Positions 28,005-31,005 of a DNA stretch of 31,005 nucleotides are shown here, one piece after another. The notes under the pieces were generated by a model. That model had not been told where the DNA came from, made no database searches, and worked only from the letters and a program-made list of their open reading frames with translations. Every line of letters starts with the position of its first letter. The first letter of the stretch is position 1. The stretch spans positions 1-31,005 of the forward strand of contig CAAGMM010000123.1 of the NCBI GenBank assembly GCA_900771045.1, in the 5' to 3' direction. Both the position numbers and the translations under genes were made by a program. This DNA comes from Bacteroidales bacterium. GTDB lineage: Bacteria; Bacteroidota; Bacteroidia; Bacteroidales; F082.

Positions 28005-30044
28005 ATGGACGCACCTGTTGCAAAAAAGATACCTCACGAACTGACGATTCACGGCCATACCCGCATCGACGACTATTATTGGCTCAACGAACGCGAGAAT
28101 CCGGAAGTGACGGCTTATCTCAAAGAGGAAAACGCGTATTTTGAAGCGGAGACGAAGCACCTCAAGCCGCTGCAGGACGAGCTTTTCAAGGAGATAAAGG
28201 GCAGAATCAAGGAAGAAGACATGTCGGTGCCGATAAAAAAGCACGGTTATCTTTACTATTCGCGGCAGGAAACCGGCAAGGAATATTCCATCCACTGCCG
28301 TAAGAAAGTCGGTGGGGAAGTCGAACAGGTTCTTCTTGACGGCAACAAGATGGCTGAAGGTCATCATTTCTTTCAGATAGGGAACTACGCCGTCAGTCCT
28401 GATGACAGCCTTCTCGCCTACTGCGTCGATTATGTCAGCCGCCGCAAATACGAGCTGCATTTCCGCGACATCGCGACAGGACGGGATTTTCCCGACACCG
28501 TGAAGGACGTCTCCCCCGACTTGGCCTGGGGCAACGACAACAAGACCGTTTTTTATACATTGTTAGATGAGAGCCTCCGTCCGTACAAGGTGATGCGCCA
28601 CACGATAGGCACGGATTCGAAAGACGACGTCGTTGTTTATGTTGAAGAAGACGAGACCTTCATCGTGTCGGTAAGCAAGGCCAAATCGGAGAAGTACATT
28701 TATATAGTCAGCGAAAGCACTCTCTCATCGGAGACGCGGATTCTCGATGCCGACAACCCGCTCGGAAGTTTCAGCGTTTTCTGTCCGCGGAGGGAAAACG
28801 TGCTTTACGGACTCGGGCATTTTCACGATGAGTTTTATATCGTCACAAACGATGACGACGCCCGTAACTTCAAGATAATGAAGGCTTCCGTCTCCGATAC
28901 AAAACGCGAATCCTGGAAAGAGGTCATCGCCCACCGTGAAGACACTCTGATTGAGGACATCGACATCTTCGACAAATACCTCGTCATTGAAGAAAGGAAA
29001 AACGGCCTCGTGCAGATTCGCGTCAAGACTTGGGACGGTGTGCAAGATTATTACATCGGCTTCAACGACCCGGCCTATACCGTGCAAGTCCTCGGCAATC
29101 CCGACTTCGACACCGACATGCTGCGCTACTGCTACGACTCGATGACGACTCCGGCCTCCGTCTATGAATACGATATGGCTTCGCATAAGGCTACTTTATT
29201 GAAACAGAAAGAGATTGTCGGCGGTTATAATTCCTCCGATTATGTCTGCGAACGCCTGAAAGCCACATCGCACGACGGTGTCGAAGTACCGATTTCGATT
29301 GTATATAAAAAAGGTATCAAACTCAATGGTGAGAATCCTCTCGTCCTTTACGGTTACGGCTCGTACGGAATCAGCACGGATGCTTATTTCTCGACGGCGC
29401 GTATCAGCCTGTTGGACAGGGGCTTCATCTGGGCGATAGCGCACATCAGAGGCGGCGAGGAGATGGGCAGGCAATGGTACGAAGACGGCAAGATGCTCAA
29501 GAAGAAAAATACTTTTCTCGATTTCATTGAGTGCGCAAAACACCTTATTAAGAAAGGCTACAGCAGACCCGAGAAAATGTTTGCCATGGGCGGATCTGCG
29601 GGCGGATTGCTCGTCGGAGCCGTCGCCAATATGGCACCCGAACTGTGGAAAGGCATCATCGCCAACGTGCCTTTCGTCGATGTCGTCACGACAATGCTCG
29701 ACGACACCATTCCGCTTACGACGGGAGAATACGACGAATGGGGGAATCCGAACGAAAAACAATATTACGATTATATGTTGTCGTACTCGCCTTACGACAA
29801 CGTAGAAGAGAAAAACTATCCTGCGATGCTTGTCACGACGGGGCTTCACGACAGTCAGGTGCAGTATTGGGAGCCCGCAAAATGGGTCGCGAAGCTGCGT
29901 GATAAGAAGACCGACAACAACAAATTATTCCTCAAGACGGATATGGATTTCGGCCACGGCGGGGCCTCCGGACGCTTTGAGGCGATAAAGGAAATCGCGT
30001 TGGAATATGCGTTTATGATGGAGTGTTTGGGCAGTGAGCAGTGA
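28005..30044 (+). CDS. ptrB: Oligopeptidase B (S9A)
   Basis: PVAKKIPH...HG..RIDDYYWL, GGSAGG nucleophile, HDSQVQYWEPAKWVAKLR, GHGGASGRF. No signal peptide. Confidence 0.95.
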   Translation: MDAPVAKKIPHELTIHGHTRIDDYYWLNERENPEVTAYLKEENAYFEAETKHLKPLQDELFKEIKGRIKEEDMSVPIKKHGYLYYSRQETGKEYSIHCRKKVGGEVEQVLLDGNKMAEGHHFFQIGNYAVSPDDSLLAYCVDYVSRRKYELHFRDIATGRDFPDTVKDVSPDLAWGNDNKTVFYTLLDESLRPYKVMRHTIGTDSKDDVVVYVEEDETFIVSVSKAKSEKYIYIVSESTLSSETRILDADNPLGSFSVFCPRRENVLYGLGHFHDEFYIVTNDDDARNFKIMKASVSDTKRESWKEVIAHREDTLIEDIDIFDKYLVIEERKNGLVQIRVKTWDGVQDYYIGFNDPAYTVQVLGNPDFDTDMLRYCYDSMTTPASVYEYDMASHKATLLKQKEIVGGYNSSDYVCERLKATSHDGVEVPISIVYKKGIKLNGENPLVLYGYGSYGISTDAYFSTARISLLDRGFIWAIAHIRGGEEMGRQWYEDGKMLKKKNTFLDFIECAKHLIKKGYSRPEKMFAMGGSAGGLLVGAVANMAPELWKGIIANVPFVDVVTTMLDDTIPLTTGEYDEWGNPNEKQYYDYMLSYSPYDNVEEKNYPAMLVTTGLHDSQVQYWEPAKWVAKLRDKKTDNNKLFLKTDMDFGHGGASGRFEAIKEIALEYAFMMECLGSEQ

Positions 30045-30162
30045 GCTTTGAGCGGTGAGCAATGAGCAATGAGCTGTGAGCTGATTACGATATTTACGTA
30101 AGTTTAAGGTTTAATGCTTAAAGTTTAATATTGTCAAATCGTCAAACTGTCTAATTGTCAAA
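30028..30162 (+). repeat. Composite array: (TGRGCNN)x8, TTACGATATTTACGT, about 4-5 TAAAGTT-like heptamers, about 4 GTC(A/T)AANN octamers
   Basis: tgggcag tgagcag tgagctt tgagcgg tgagcaa tgagcaa tgagctg tgagctg a ttacgatatttacg taagtt taaggtt taatgct taaagtt taatatt gtcaaatc gtcaaact gtctaatt gtcaaa. Confidence 0.9.
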
Positions 30163-30167
30163 AACGA

Positions 30168-30201
30168 GACAACGGAAAGCCTTTTCAGACTTTCCGTTAT
30201 C
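30168..30201 (-). terminator. 14-bp hairpin 3' of the last gene (terminator and/or DGR-type hairpin)
   Basis: Minus strand GATAACGGAAAGTC-tgaaaa-GGCTTTCCGTTGTC with two G-U pairs, followed by tcgTTTTT. Confidence 0.65.
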
Positions 30202-30225
30202 GTGTACGTTTTTTCGTTGACGTGG

Positions 30226-31005
30226 TTATTCGACATTCCATACTAATCGAACCGAGCACCCGCTGCCTCGGGTGACGAAGTGCGCGGGGTGTACGTTGCT
30301 AATGTTGAAGTACAGGTTGTATGCGATGCTGATAGTTTTCGGCGACGAAGACCAATAGCTGCCGATGGAATCGACGTTGTTGACCGAAGTCCCGTAGCGG
30401 TAGCCGGCGGCAGACAGAAATACGCAGCCGGCACCCTCGAGGACGGCAAAATCGCCTATAGTGTAATCGACATCGTTCCAATTTTCGCTTCCAGTGTTGA
30501 ATGTGGAGGGTTCGTTTTCAACTGCCGTTGGCCATGAGAACTCGTCGGGAAACAGCAACAGGCCGCACAGTCCGCTCACCTTCACCTCGGCGTAACGTAT
30601 ATTTGTTATTTCACCTTTGCTGTAGGTGGTGGTACGGCAGTTCGTTCCGGGATTTGGATTTTCCTTTGGGCCGAGAAGCCATTCCCACTCGCCGCCCTTG
30701 TCGCTGGTGAGGGTGCGCCAATCGCTCCCCATAGTCGGACCCCAGTTCATCTTGTCCTCAGTCAAACCGGAGATTGACTCTGTGGTGAACGCGCCGTAAC
30801 TATAGCCAGGGATTGCGTCAGCCACATTCCACTGGAACAGGCCGGATGTGTTTTCGGGGGTGTCGTACTCCGCTCCGCCCTTGTAGCCTTTTCCTATATT
30901 GTCTTTATCGAAGTAGTAGCTCCTGCAGTCGTATTGCTCGTCCTCGAAGGCGAAAGAATAAGTGTAGGCCTTGGCGGAACCGCTCCTCGTGCAGTACAGA
31001 TTGCC
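30226..31005 (-). CDS. 3' part of a protein with a C-terminal CLec-like (Fib_succ_major/DUF1566-like) domain; putative DGR target; truncated by the window edge
   Basis: The frame is open to 31005 (GNLYCTRSGS...GLFQWNVADAIPG...), so the ORF-track start at 30825 is internal. Motifs: WRTLT..EW, GLLLFPD, GCVFLSAAGYR, G.YWSSS, AY.LYF, R..G.SVRLV. Confidence 0.8.
   Translation of the reverse strand, partial: GNLYCTRSGSAKAYTYSFAFEDEQYDCRSYYFDKDNIGKGYKGGAEYDTPENTSGLFQWNVADAIPGYSYGAFTTESISGLTEDKMNWGPTMGSDWRTLTSDKGGEWEWLLGPKENPNPGTNCRTTTYSKGEITNIRYAEVKVSGLCGLLLFPDEFSWPTAVENEPSTFNTGSENWNDVDYTIGDFAVLEGAGCVFLSAAGYRYGTSVNNVDSIGSYWSSSPKTISIAYNLYFNISNVHPAHFVTRGSGCSVRLVWNVE

Noticed and set aside
168..30099. 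Treating the two heptamer/15-mer copies as att sites of a 30-kb island
   Set aside because: The enclosed region holds core genes (alaS, ung, rdgB, bat operon) and no integrase or transposase.
30045..30225. Search of this and the other intergenic regions for a DGR template repeat, tRNA or riboswitch
   Set aside because: No AAC-rich copy of the variable region and no cloverleaf or known riboswitch pattern was visible by eye.
478..30710. Numerous 60-234 aa ORFs overlapping the called genes (e.g. 8469-9173, 24591-25289, 29196-29849, 4709-5335)
   Set aside because: Antisense or alternate-frame shadows of well-supported genes, expected from NNC/NNG codon bias, with no recognisable motifs.

Overview
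Chromosomal window from a Bacteroidota bacterium, probably an anaerobic Bacteroidales. Evidence: TAnnTTTG promoters, a type IX secretion C-terminal domain, and the moxR-DUF58-batABCDE and alaS/M23/MerR gene orders. Most of it is housekeeping and envelope genes: a radical SAM protein, mevalonate kinase and diphosphomevalonate decarboxylase, a DUF5686 outer-membrane protein, a BspA-type LRR protein, MerR, an M23 peptidase, alaS, a lipoprotein plus beta-barrel pair, rdgB, ung, a T9SS Asp-box protein, the Bat operon, a TonB-dependent receptor and oligopeptidase B. Signals worth following up: (1) the truncated gene at the right edge ends in a C-type-lectin-like domain whose last ~160 nt have the codon signature of a diversity-generating retroelement (DGR) variable repeat, with no RT or template repeat in the window; (2) a composite element, (TGAGCNN)n + TTACGATATTTACGT + octamer repeats, occurs at both window ends and supplies the stop codon of the upstream gene in both places; (3) a 36-30-36 bp direct-repeat unit and a ~100 bp inverted-repeat element flank the LRR gene; (4) an unannotated 42-aa lipoprotein; (5) mevalonate-pathway genes in a lineage that usually uses MEP. 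No rRNA, tRNA, cas gene, transposase or integrase was recognised. All calls come from reading the sequence; no database searches were run.
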